This document shows positions 50,923 through 62,199 of a stretch of DNA of 64,000 nt, one piece after another. The notes under the pieces are model-generated. The model searched no databases and was not told where the DNA came from. It saw only the letters and a list, made by a program, of their open reading frames with translations. The stretch spans positions 10,788,001 through 10,852,000 of the forward strand of contig CM052816.1 in NCBI GenBank assembly GCA_028534125.1, in the 5' to 3' direction. Within the stretch, counting starts at the first letter, position 1; each line of letters opens with the position of its first letter. Both the position numbers and the translations under genes were made by a program. The DNA is from Lama glama. Its lineage: Eukaryota.

Positions 50923-52217
50923 AATTATGTTTAGAATACCCACAAAAACTCCCTGAGATATTAGACAAAGTCAACCATCATTCCAGGCTGGTTTTCTTGC
51001 CCACAAATTCCGTAACAGATAACGTGTACTTATTTGACCAACAAACTCAGGCAGAATAAAGCTGTACTTCTACATTATGTTTAATGCTGATAATTCTAAA
51101 GATAGACCTCTTTTAATTAATCCAGCAAACCTAAACCAGCTTTTGTTCACCAGAGGTTATCTCAGATCACATGAACCTGAAAAGCATTTGAGTTAGTTTC
51201 TTTTATATTTCTGAGAGTTTTAGGGATTCTTAATTCACAGAGTGCTTAAGTCTCTTCAAGCCAGTTAAATAGGACTCTTTCACAAGTTAATTTTGATAAT
51301 AACCATCTAGAGGTAGAAAATATAACATACATATAGACACACATAAACATCTGAACAGATGCGAACAAAGACCTTATAGCTTCTGTTTTAAAATTATCAC
51401 CATGAGTCAGATGTAATAATACAAGACTCATTCCTTATAAAAGAAGTTGTGTCTAAGTTGTTTCTTGTAGATGAAGTAAGTTTAAGTTACCTTCCCAGAT
51501 GGGTAAAGCTTTTTACTAATATTAGTGGAAAAGACATTTAAAATATTTGTCATTCATCTAAGTTTTTGAAGACCTTTCCCCTTTTGTTTTTTTGTTTGTT
51601 TCTGATGAGAATTACCTTCCTGAAGTTGAAAAAGAAATGACCTATATAAGAGATCCTTGAGCATTTCTGGTTTTGCAAAAGATTTGTAAGATAAGGACAG
51701 TTACTTTTAATTCCTCAAGGAATTGGCTTGCAACTTAAATGACATCATAGGTTGATCTACCCATAAATCCTTTTGCAGGGGCTTTAGAAGGTTTTTTATT
51801 TTTTTCCTTCCTCCTGAGTACATAGTTTTATTTTAGCTTAGGGGAAGATGCCTAAAAATAAATATCTATCGGGCTCTGAATATCAGCTTCCAATCTGGCC
51901 AGTTTCTGAGTACAAAGCTACTTAAAAATCTTTTTAAATATCTTGTCAGCTTTTAGCAGGTATAAGCAGTAAATATTTCTGGAAGTTTGAACAACTTCTT
52001 GGACTTGAGAGGCGTCTCCAAAGAGAGTGCAAAAGCTATTTTATTTTTCTCTCTTTATTGGATACTATACACAGAGCTCCAGGAAGGTTGATTCTGGTAA
52101 GAATTTTCACCCTGTGCTGGCTTTCTGCCAGTTTTTCCAGGATCCCATCTGGAGGCTCCAAGTGGGGTTTAGAGAGTGTAACTCCAGTATATACCAGAAT
52201 TTGGCAAGGTTTTTTTT

Positions 52218-52444
52218 TTCCTAAGACTGAATTTGCTTTTTGTTTTGTTCTGTTTTTTATTGAAGTACAGTCAGTTACAATGTGTCAGTTTCTGGTGTAC
52301 AGCATAATGTCCCAGTCATGCAAATACGTACATATATTCATTTTCATATTCTTTTTCATTAAAGGTCATTACAAGATATTGAATAAAGTTCTCTGTGCTA
52401 TACAGAAAAAATTTGGTTTTTTAATCTATTTTTATATATAGTGG
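52218..52444 (-). mobile_element. Young 5'-truncated L1 3' end with ~16-bp TSD, inside the ERV
   Basis: TSD TTTGGCAAGGTTTTTT at about 52200-52215 and 52445-52460. Body begins TTTATTGAAGTACAGTCAGTTACAATG. Confidence 0.9.
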
Positions 52445-52479
52445 TTTGGCAAGGTTTTTTCATTCATTTTCGTTTCCCT

Positions 52480-54118
52480 TAGTTGTTTAACAAAATACTG
52501 TAGCAGTTTACTAGAAAATTTCTTGGGAGTCCCATCAGTTCTGGAAGGGGCTCTGGGACCTCCTTTGGAGGTGTATATGAATGTATTCGAGTTAATGTTG
52601 AAGAATTCACATAAAATCTTTGAGGACAGTTTTTTTCCATCGCCCTGGTTGATTACAAATGTGACATTGACCCCTGGGCTAGCTTTCTGATGATGAACCC
52701 CTAGGAGTCTGTAATGAGTGTGTTCTAGGCGTTGTTTTAGATGCCTAACTTTGGAACCCTGGAGCTGTAAGAACACTATCTCGGCAGATTTCATCTACAA
52801 TCTCATTCCAAAGTCCTATCCAAGTGCTCAGCTATGGTCGCAAATTCAGTCAGTCTGGTAACTTCCAACCTATTTTTTTTTTTTGTCTTTTTATCAGTCC
52901 CCTAATCTCAGGATATAATCTATTGACAGGGCAGCCAGAGCAGGCTGGGGGACCTCTTCTATTGTATGAAACCCAGAATGCCACAGGGAGAGAGCTTCCA
53001 GATGGACTTTAAAGTCAGATTCATCCTTCTATTGTTTGCGTGTTTGAATAATAGACCAATTAGTGTGGCAGGGAAGACTAGGAATGGCTCTTAGAAGAGC
53101 AGTTGCTATATTTTGAGCTTTTTTTGTTCCATGAGGGGACCATGTTAGGATCTCCAGTATCACCCTTGGGGTTTTGCCATTTTGTTTCCTTCATCCATTC
53201 TTGAACGTCACTAGGTCCTACCAGCACCTGACAAAGATCTGGCAGCCTGCTGCTATAGGCCCCTATAACGACTTTTAATTATTCCTAAAACTTGGGGGAA
53301 TCCTCCTGACATTTAGGAAATTCTTGGACTATGGCCCTTAGATTGGTCTTTGACCAAAGAGTGAAAAATACCTGAGGAGCATTACCTGCAACCTGGGGTG
53401 GTTTTATTTTAGTAATAAAGGAGAACATCTCTGTATATAAGGAAAGTAGAATATGTGTTTTGGGGAAAAGAGGGTATAAGGGATGGAGATGCATTTTTAC
53501 TGAGAAAAGGAAAGTAATTTTGTTCCAAAGAAAGACTGGTTATTTCACAATTGGAAAGAGGGAAAAAAGGACAAAATTGTAGATGGTTTGTGGGAAAGGA
53601 ATCTTGGGAAAAGAATTTTATGTGAGGTCAAGCTGGATAAGATTAAATGGATTTATTTTAATGGTCTCTACAGTATGGAAACGCAGTTTAGATAGAGAAT
53701 TAGTAGAATATGAGTGCTTGGGTAAAAGAGAGGAGCAGGGGGAGCCACATCATCCTTACTCTTTCATTTCAGGTGTCTCTCGAGTCTTTAATTTTTCATT
53801 AGCCTTTTGCAGTGAATCTTTCAGTGAGGCTATTTTGGAATCTTGAAGCCTTTGAAAGTTTCTGCATGCCAATTAAAATAGATAGCCCATTCTGTTTGTT
53901 TAATTTGGAACCCTTTCTTTCAAGAACACTTCTTAAATGAATGCTCTTGCCTCATTAGAACATTCCCCATAATGGCTATTGTCATTTTAGGTTGTTTTTA
54001 GTAAGATTTTGCCATTTTTGTAGTTAACTACAGTGCTGGGACTACAGTTCTTAGACATAAAATAAACAGGTATACTGGAAGGTGGCATATTTAACTCTTT
54101 AGAATTTAAGGATCCAAT
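52480..54118 (-). pseudogene. gag: ERV gag remnant (MA, CA, major homology region), disrupted
   Basis: Manual translation across stops and frameshifts gives PPSSIPVYFMSKN..., QDSKIASLKDSLQKANEKLK, PQVFFTLWSKTNLRAIVQEFPKCQEDSPKF (end of ORF 53285-53494), LPDLCQVLVGPSDVQEWM and NWSIIQTRKQ*KDESDFKVHLE (MHR-like). The 3' boundary is approximate. Confidence 0.8.
53410..53670. repeat. Inverted repeat arm B, interrupting gag
   Basis: For example GGGATGGAGATGCATTTTTA and AAGCTGGATAAGATTAAATG are exact reverse complements of arm A blocks. Confidence 0.9.
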
Positions 54119-54744
54119 TATTATTATTTTCCTTTTTCCTTTTTTTTTTTTTCAAGCTAAGACTTTGGATCTGTCATAGCTAAACTAATACCTGAAAGAG
54201 ATGTGCCGCTGAGCTGGGAATTGTGTAATGTTTTACAGTATATCTCATTCACTGCACAGAAGTTTTCTTGATGTTGGCAGGTGACCTAGTGTCAGTCTAA
54301 CCCATTCCACGACCAACTCACGCTAACATGGGAGTCTTAGAGTTAGGTAGCAGTTCCCAATGGTCAGCAATGCCCAGTGTGGAACTGGGGGTTGGGGAGA
54401 GGAATGAATCAGCAAACCCCAAAGAATGGGGACTGTGAACTGATTCCAAACAAATGGGGAACTGCAGCAGTTTTTAACATGGAATCTGGGGACAGAACCA
54501 AGGACTGGAGTTTCCAGTCAGATGGGGAATTGTGGACTGAACCAAGGCCTAGGGGCTTGGGCTCCAAATGGAACTATTTGCTTACTCGAGCTGACCTGCC
54601 CTGGACTTAAAAGCCCATTAGATTGGGAGCTCGATGCAAAGAGAACAGAACTCAGAAAAAGCGAGAAAGACAGGGAATTCAAAGGGCAAAAGGTACCATG
54701 CCTGTGGTTCTCCTTGTTCCCAAAACCATCAGAAATTTGCTCCA

Positions 54745-54763
54745 GATCTCATTGCTACCACCA
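54745..54763 (-). promoter_or_regulatory. Primer binding site, tRNA-Leu-like
   Basis: Minus strand reads TGGTGGTAGCAATGAGATC, 4 nt after the LTR end. It resembles the complement of a tRNA-Leu 3' end (TGGTGGCAGCGGTGGGATTC), differing mainly by transitions. Confidence 0.75.
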
Positions 54764-54767
54764 AAAC

Positions 54768-55139
54768 TGTTTTAAAAAAAAAAATTTAACTGAGTAAATT
54801 TTCAAGAGCTTATTGGCTTTTTTTAATGATTCATGAACCTGGCAGCATCCCATGCAGCAGACAGAAAGGGGCCCTGAGGAGCTGTACAAAATGGAAGGCT
54901 GTTAGAAGGAGGGCAGGGACGAGGAAAGTGGGTTACCTCATCTTTCTCTGGGGGACAGACGGGGTCTGTCAAACAGAGCACCTCACTAGTGCTCTGACCA
55001 GGAGATTCCAGGCTGACTACTTCAGATTACATTCCTGAAGAAAGTTGAAACCGCAATTTAGTTAGTTTTTAAGTCTTAATTTGGTGAGGTAGCTTAGCAT
55101 AAGTGACTCCACTGGGGACCTGTTGTCTCTTTTTCAACA
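54768..55139 (-). repeat. 5' LTR of the provirus
   Basis: TGTTTT...TCAACA. Aligns end to end with 46372-46747 (roughly 75-80% identity by eye). Directly followed on the minus strand by the PBS. Confidence 0.92.
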
Positions 55140-56109
55140 ATACAGATATCTTTCGGCTGGCACAACTGATCACCTCTGGAGAGTAGAGGGACTTAAGTTT
55201 TCTTAAGCAGAAGGGCTGGACCTGTGACCTCCACACTGAGGTTACTTAAGACTGAGTGGAGATGCATAATGGAGGGTGATGAACTCAGTGTTACAGACGT
55301 AGCTCAAGTGGGCAAGTATGTAATCAGGGAACAGGGACTCTTGGGGAACAGGGAACATGAGAGCCGACAGAGGCCTGCGTGAAACAGTTGGTCCATTAGG
55401 GAATGATTAAGTGTGCAGAGGTCAACCAAGGGTATAATAACCAGTCTGGGCCATCTGCAAGAATGGCCTTGTGTATTTGCTTGGGTTGGAAAGGAATGAA
55501 GAAATACATCTGAAACACTTGTGAAATAGTGGCTCTTCCTATTCTACCCTGAAGCCAGGGATGTGTCCCAATGCAAATCCTTCCCTTCTTAAAGACACAT
55601 CTTTTCAGGAAACATTCCCTTGAAACTGGACCCACAAGGCTTTTGTCCCCTGCTTCAGACCTGTTGGTCTCAGCCTCAGGTCCCTGCATGCCACATACCC
55701 CATGGCATCCTGGGCTTGTCTGTCTTCAGTGCTGTTGCATTAATCTGGAAGGCCCTGTCTACCTACCAGTCTCATAAGACTGACTTTGTGCTTCCATTTT
55801 CTCCATGATGAGCTATTTGCCCATCCCTGTGCCTTCTGTCACTTTGTACATTCTCTCTTGTAAGAAGTCTCTCCTAAGAGTTATTTTAAAATGATTTGTG
55901 TTATAGGGAAGGGCTCTTGTCTTATTCACCTTTGAGTTCCCCGGTCCTTAACAAAAAAAGTATGTGGCACATGGTGGATGTTTAGTAAGTATTCTTTACA
56001 CAGAACTATGGAAACCTACATTGCAACAGCATTTATTTGGGTGGTTAGTCAATCACGTTCACTGCATTTGGCCTTGCTCCCTTCCTTACGAGCAACAGAA
56101 AAGCTGGTC

Positions 56110-56320
56110 CAATAAGCTACCATTTATTGAGCGTCATCCAAGAGCCAGGTCATATATAGGATGCTTTGCAGACATTGCTGCTCCCTAAATTGCCAAAACA
56201 GTCTTACCACTCTTAGTTCGCAGGCTTTCCAAATGAGATAACTGAGGCTCACAGAGGCTGAGAAAATTTCGAAGGATCCGCAACTGGCATTTCAACAGGC
56301 TGTGTTCTTTCCACTCCTCC
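56110..56320 (-). mobile_element. MIR SINE
   Basis: GCTACCATTTATTGAGCG...AAATGAGATAACTGAGGCTCACAGAGG. Confidence 0.75.
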
Positions 56321-57764
56321 GCTCTAGGAACCTGTCACTGTGTGTGTCCCCGTTTATAACAACACATTTCCCTGCCGTGCCCTGGAGCCATTTCTCTTTC
56401 CTTCTTCGTGTTTGCTTACTAAACGCTGAGCAGATCATGGAGAAAAAGCAGTTTGGATGTTAGTGATAAGGGTGTGATTCCAGAGTTGAAGGCTGATGTT
56501 TTAAGTGTGTGTTCAGTTCAAGTTGTATTGATTTCTCCCCTCTCCACTTTGTTATGGCCAAGTGCTCCGGGCAGAAATCTAACAGAACAGGCTCCCAGAA
56601 CTGTTCCTGGGGTCAGGAGGGGTCACAGGTCTCTGCAGTGATGTGTGGAATGTGTGGGAACATTAGCCGCATGACAGAGGCTCAGCTAGAGGACTCAAAG
56701 TGACTGTGGTCAGAGGCTGGTGTATTCTACACACATGACTTAGTACCTGCCAGCCTGAGGCAGGGCAGACCTGAGCTTGGTCTGGTTTGCCTCCAGGACA
56801 GTGATGTTAGTCACCCAGGCCCCTGTGAACCCAGAGCCCCTTGACCACAACAATTCCACTGCATTGTAATTTCTCATCTACATGTCTCTCCTCACTTCTG
56901 AGTCTGTTAAACACAAGGATTGGATCTCATGCATCTGTTCATTCATTCGAGTCACAGCTATTAAGCATGTACTGTGCTTCAAATTCTGCCTGATTCTGGG
57001 TAGGTAGGGATGAATAAAACGTATTCAGCCAGAACTCTGTCCGAAAAGAGTTTGCAAACATGTGTAAGAAATAGCAACTGAATACTGTTACGAGAACTCT
57101 TAGGTATTTTATTTATCTCTGTAGCCCAAAGTCTTAACCTTGCACTTCGAATAACAAGTGTGCTAAGTGTCTGTTGTGTACTGACTATGTCCCTGGCACT
57201 GGGCTAAGTGCTTCATTTTCATGACCGTGTTTAATCCTCACAACTCCTTGTATGGAGCTGTCAGTACTATTATTGTCCTCACTTAATAGACAGGGCAAGT
57301 GGAACATCCAGGAAACATTTGAGTGAGTGAATTCAGGAGTAGTCATAGCATTGAGCCCAGTGTTCAGTCTTACTGTCTGTTCTCATGTGAAAGATTAGTC
57401 CATATCCTGCAGTAAACGCTTCTTGTGTTTTAGCCAACACCGTTGACTTTTTCTCTTCAACATTTTATCCACTCCAGAAATTCTACCAGTCCCAAGAGCA
57501 TGTCCTATGAAATCATACCATTCCAATATGTTTAAGTGGCCATTTGGAGTCCGAGCTCTTTAAGAAGAGCCATCAGCCTAAGATGTTTTAAGATTAGAAG
57601 CTTTAAATCTCACGATTAATACAAAGTGTAGTGTAGTCAGCTCCGCCTCAGCCCCTTCCCTGCCACAGGTCCTGCAGAGAGCTTACTGCGGTTCACTGTC
57701 TGACAGATATCTGAGATCAGTGATTCCCACCTCTTTCTCCCTCATCAAGCCAGGGAAATACTAA

Positions 57765-57970
57765 TATTAACAGTCACGCATTGAATAATCAGTACACACC
57801 AGACATTGTGCTAGGGACTTCCCATACCTTTTCTCATTACTGTAATTATTATTTCTCATTTTATGGATGTAATTATTATTTCTCATTTTATGAGGCTCAA
57901 AGAGAGACTGGACATGGCCCAAATTTGAACTTAGACAATCTGACTGCAGAATCCAGATTCACATTACTAC
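57765..57970 (-). mobile_element. MIR SINE with internal 27-bp tandem duplication
   Basis: CCAGACATTGTGCTAGG...CATTTTATG..GAGGCTCAAAGAG...TCTGACTGCAGA. Confidence 0.7.
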
Positions 57971-58304
57971 CCTCTATAATTATTTCTGTCAATACCCGTG
58001 GTGGACTTCATTAGTAATTCTTCAACTATGTGTGTTAAGGGTGGGGAAAGTGAAGTTTAGAGAGCCCTCCCCACACCCCGAGGTAGTTTCAGTCTGTTCC
58101 CCACCCACAGAATCCCAGCAGAGTATGCAGACCATATAGATAGATCCAGATGCAGCCCAAGTTCTGAAGTCTCTCCTGTCCCACCTAGACCCTTGATCTC
58201 TTCCTTCTTTAAACTTGGACCATATTTAGATTGAAAACTTAAGTGGTGGTTCACCATGTACTGTCTTAAAATAGCCTCTAACCTTCCACTCCAGTATCCT
58301 GCCT

Positions 58305-58450
58305 GCCCTTTTCAGCTAGAATAGAAGTTGCTAGAGGGCAGAGAGTTTATTTCATCTATACCGTGGGTCGTTCATCAGAGCATCCCACATGGGCAGCTGC
58401 CTAACACATTGTGGGAGCACACAGGCATTTAATAAACACCACTTGTTTGC
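58305..58450 (+). mobile_element. L2 3' terminus carrying a foreign 27-33 bp insert
   Basis: CTAGAATAGAAGTTGCTAGAGGGCAG...GCCTAACACATTGT...CAGGCATTTAATAAAC. Confidence 0.55.
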
Positions 58451-58459
58451 TCTAAAAGA

Positions 58460-58700
58460 GGCAGGATAGCTTATTGGATTCTGGAGACAGCTAGACTCAG
58501 TTTTCCACTTACTAGCTATGAGTAGCTATGTGGCCCAGTGGAAAATTACATAAATTCCAAATACTTCATTAGCAAAATAGGATTAAAATACCTTGTATGT
58601 GTGTTGGGAATATTAAGAGGGTACATATACAGCACTTGGCATAGTTCCTGGCACATAATGAGCACTCAGTAAATAGTAATTATTAATGTCATTGTTATTA
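58460..58700 (+). mobile_element. MIR SINE
   Basis: CCACTTACTAGCTATG...CCTGGCACATAATGAGCACTCAGTAAATAGTAATTATT. Confidence 0.8.
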
Positions 58701-59469
58701 CGGAACAGCTGAATTCATTGGGTGTTTGCTGCGTGTTCCATGCTGTGCTGAATGCTTTGTGTGCAATTATCTCATTTAAGTTTTTTTCTATACACAATAT
58801 AGAAAAGATTTATCCACTTCAAAAAAAAATACCTTTCCTGTTACCCAAAAGTCACTTAAGAACACTGGCTGCTCCCACTGTCCTCAGAGTCACGTTGCAG
58901 GTCAGCCAGGCACAAGTATGCTCTTATAACACACTGTCACTGTGTCAAGGTAATTGTTAGACATCTCTCAATAATTAACTACTAACTACAGCTAAAGCAC
59001 TGGCGCTGACAAATGTTTTGCTTTTTTGTATCAATTAGAGTGGATTCCAGATAATGATGGTGCTCTCCCTCCCTCTCACTTCTGTCCCTGTGCCCTCTCT
59101 CAAGTGAAGGAGAAAAGAGAGAAGAAGTGGGTCGTTCATCAGAGCATCCCACACAGGCATGTCATTTGTATGTGTTGCTGTGCAAAATAGGATGAGAGCT
59201 GCTAGTCTGGGCACGATGTGCAGCATTAAACCTGTTAGGACCCTGAAACCTTGTCAGGCAAACAGTAGAAGCTGCTTCATTTGCTGTGATCTAGACCAGT
59301 ATGAACAGTGAGTCCTTCAATGTACCAGTCTGTGTACCTTACCAAGAAATGAGAACAGATTGGCTTTGTTTTGTTTTGTTTCATTTTATCAATTTGGTGC
59401 TAAATTATAGGCTATGAGTTTTCTGGCTGTACTATAGAAAGTGCTTTGGTGATTGATAAATGAATCCTG

Positions 59470-59800
59470 CGGAGCAGGATTTTTAGGGCAGTAGAACTAC
59501 TCTGAAACTACCATGGTGAAGACATGTCATTATACATTTGTCGAGACCCATAGAGTGCACAGCACCAAGTAAACCCTGATGTAAACTACGAACTTGGGGT
59601 GATGACGAGTGTCAGCGCAGGTTCATCCATTGTAACGAAGGGGGGTGCTGATAACGCAGGAGGCTATGTGTGTGTAGGGGCAGGAGAAAATTGAGAAATC
59701 TCTGTACCTTCTGCTCAGTTTTTGTGTGTGTGTATGTGACCTTCAAATTGTTACAAAACTGCTCAAATAATTAAGTCTCTTAAAAGCAAAAACAAAAACA
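59470..59800 (+). mobile_element. L1MC-type 3' UTR fragment
   Basis: TTTTAGGGCAGT...ACATGTCATTATACATTTGTC...AACCCTGATGTAAACTA...GAAATCTCTGTACCTTCTGCTCA, followed by an A-rich tail. Confidence 0.85.
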
Positions 59801-59811
59801 GAAATCTGTCC

Positions 59812-60200
59812 AGTTAAACAAACATGAATCGAACATCTGCTATGTGCCAGACTATGGGATAAATGGTGGGGGGCAGCACCAAAATAATTCATGTGTGCAT
59901 GTACTTGGTGAGAAAAACAAGTACATGTCTTCAGTAAGCTGAAGTCCAGGAGGAGCGATTAACAAGAATACAAACTGCAAAACTTCCACTAAGGGTTGTA
60001 TGAAGATACAGACAGAGGATGTTGGGAAGAGAAAGGGGGTGGGATGCACCTAATTGAACCTGGAAGGTGAAGGAAGGGAGGCTTCCTGGAGTAGGTGATA
60101 CTGGAGCAGAGTCTTACAGGCTGAGTAGGAATTTTCCAAGCCCACAGGGAAGGGAGGGAGGAGGTAGAGACAGTTCTTGGATAGACTAGAACAGATGTCA
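59812..60200 (-). mobile_element. L2 3' fragment
   Basis: AACAAACATGAATCGAACATCTGCTATGTGCCAG...GGGAGGCTTCCTGGAGTAGGTGA. Confidence 0.7.
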
Positions 60201-60249
60201 TTCTACTGCTTATTGGCTGACACTAAATGTGGTGCTAAGGTGCCGTTAA

Positions 60250-60390
60250 AGTCAGTTTTAGTTTTCTGCAGTGGATAATTCCTTTCTCCTGGAGTGTAAT
60301 GAGATTGGCTTAATTATTGTGTGTAAAGCTTTCAGTCATCTCGGGGTAAAAGGTGAGGTAAGAGGAAGAACTATATTACTTATTATCATA
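60250..60390 (+). mobile_element. Possible amniote-age CORE-SINE (MIR1_Amn-like) 3' half
   Basis: TTAATTATTGTGTGTAAAGCTTTCAGTCATCTCGGGGTAAAAGGTG...TATTACTTATT resembles the recalled tail TTAATGTTTGTAAAGCGCTTTGAGATCCTCGGATGAAAGGCGC...TATTATT. Confidence 0.45.
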
Positions 60391-61189
60391 GCTTTGCCAG
60401 CATCTGATCACATAAGGAAAAATCCCTGAAAGGTCAGTTCTAAGAAGCGGTATTAATCTGGTGGCTCTTGAGCCTTATGTAACTTCCTGGAACAATGCAA
60501 TAGCAGGGGGAAAGAAAATGACATCAACGTGGAGATAATAACAAATTTAAATCCTAAGCCTTATTGCCTTTACTGCAGCTGCTGTGGATGAGACAAGCTG
60601 GAAGCTTCTAAACTTAACTCTGCCACTGCCTGGAAGCTTCTAATTAAAAGTTTTCAAATAAAATCAATACGTTTTGACATAAAGGAGCAGATGGCTTAAG
60701 GAAGCAAACTGAAAGACTGCAAGAAGAAAGCAGCAGGCTTTCACTCCATTGGGAAAAACATCACAAGTGGGAGAAAGCAGGGGTCGGAAGTGGACAAACT
60801 TCAGATGCTGGAGAGGCAGGGGCAGGGCCTGTTCCCCCGCAGATTTAACTGTGAAGTTTGAGCTTGTAGCACAACTAAACCCTTCTGGTGCCAGAATATA
60901 CTTGTGACACGGGAGTGATATTCCATCTCCCACAAAGGGATGCTCGCCCTTCCTTGAGTGGTTTTGTTCATTCTTCCTTCTCTCATTCAGCACGTGGATA
61001 CCAGGCACCTACCAAGTACTGGTGCTCTGCTGGGGGAACAAAAATCAGACAAGGGTTTTTGCCTCTCGTGGAGTCGATTTAGGACAGACCTCATTAATTG
61101 GCTGATTAAATTCAGCCAATGAAAAGAGTTAAACATTGTTAAATACCGTGTAGACACTTGATGTTACTAGGTGATACTGATGACAGTGC

Positions 61190-61380
61190 CGTATTTGTAT
61201 TTTAAGAATTTGGTAAAATACCTTGACATGCATCGTAGTGCATCCTCATGACAAACTGTTGAGGTAGAGGATGGCACTTTTAGCCCAGAGGAAACTGAAC
61301 TTCAAAGGGTGAGGGTTTCTGGCCCAGAATCACAAAGCTGGTGGATGGCAAAGTTGAGATTTGAACCCAGCTCCCCAGAG
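61190..61380 (-). mobile_element. MIR SINE
   Basis: GAGGAAACTGAA...GGCCCAGAATCACAAAGCTGGT...GATTTGAACCCAG. Confidence 0.8.
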
Positions 61381-62199
61381 GCATGTTCGCATGTTCTTTT
61401 GCTGCTGCAGGTTGGAATTTGGGGCAGTCATTTGGAATGCCAGTCATAGGACCACTGTAAACCTCTAATCTGAGGAGCATGCTCATATGAGCAACTCCTG
61501 AGAATGCCAACATCACTGATGTGCATATTGACAGGTGGGGGTGGCCTCCCTGGCAGAAATACGGCATAAACAGAACCATGATGTGAACAAAACCACCCGA
61601 GGAATAGTGTCCCTGTGCGAGCTCTTTGATTGGACATGTCTGTGCAGCTTTCACTGGGAGCGCCTGGGTCGTTTTCATTCAGACATCAGTCTGCCAGTGT
61701 TTACCCAGCTTCAGCTCAGGGTGTAGAAGGGTTACCTTTAACCTCAGAGCTGTGTGGAGAATGGAAATCAGGCTCTATGGTTTTCCTTTGCCTTCAGAAG
61801 CCAAGGCGAGGTCAAGGCAATCAGTTCTCCTTGGGTGCAGATTAAGTTGTGGTTATTTCAGGAACTTTCTTGCCATTGGGTGCCACGGGGTAATCCAAGT
61901 GCCACTGTAATTTGGGATACGAGAGATACACCAGCATTCCCTCCTGCTATTGCACCTGTTTTCAGATTTCCAAGGTCCATATGGTAAATTTGGGATACCA
62001 CAAGGGAAGATCTATATGGCCTCTTTGCAAGACATACAACAATGAGTGAAGCCATCTGTGTTTTCTAGACGCCCTTGCATGTCTAGAAGCACTGCCCTCT
62101 TCAAGGTCACCTCACATGGTGCTCCCTTCTCTGGTTCTGCACATCTTCCCTTGAACACTGTTGGCACTTTGTACTTCTCTGTTGGCACATGTCTCTTCA

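Larger units (their letters stand above)
46372..55139 (-). mobile_element. Decayed two-LTR endogenous retrovirus, class I / ERV1 (MER4-group-like, non-autonomous)
   Basis: Two ~375-bp direct repeats with TG...CA ends bracket the element. In minus-strand order: PBS, gag remnant, long AT-rich spacer, integrase C-terminus, env remnant, purine-rich tract. No clear TSD (AACC vs ATAC). Confidence 0.93.

Noticed and set aside
46368-55143. TSD for the provirus
   Set aside because: The flanks AACC and ATAC match at only 2 of 4 positions, so a TSD cannot be claimed.
55298-55325. GTAGCTCAAGTGG resembling a tRNA/SINE A-box
   Set aside because: No B-box, cloverleaf or tail follows.
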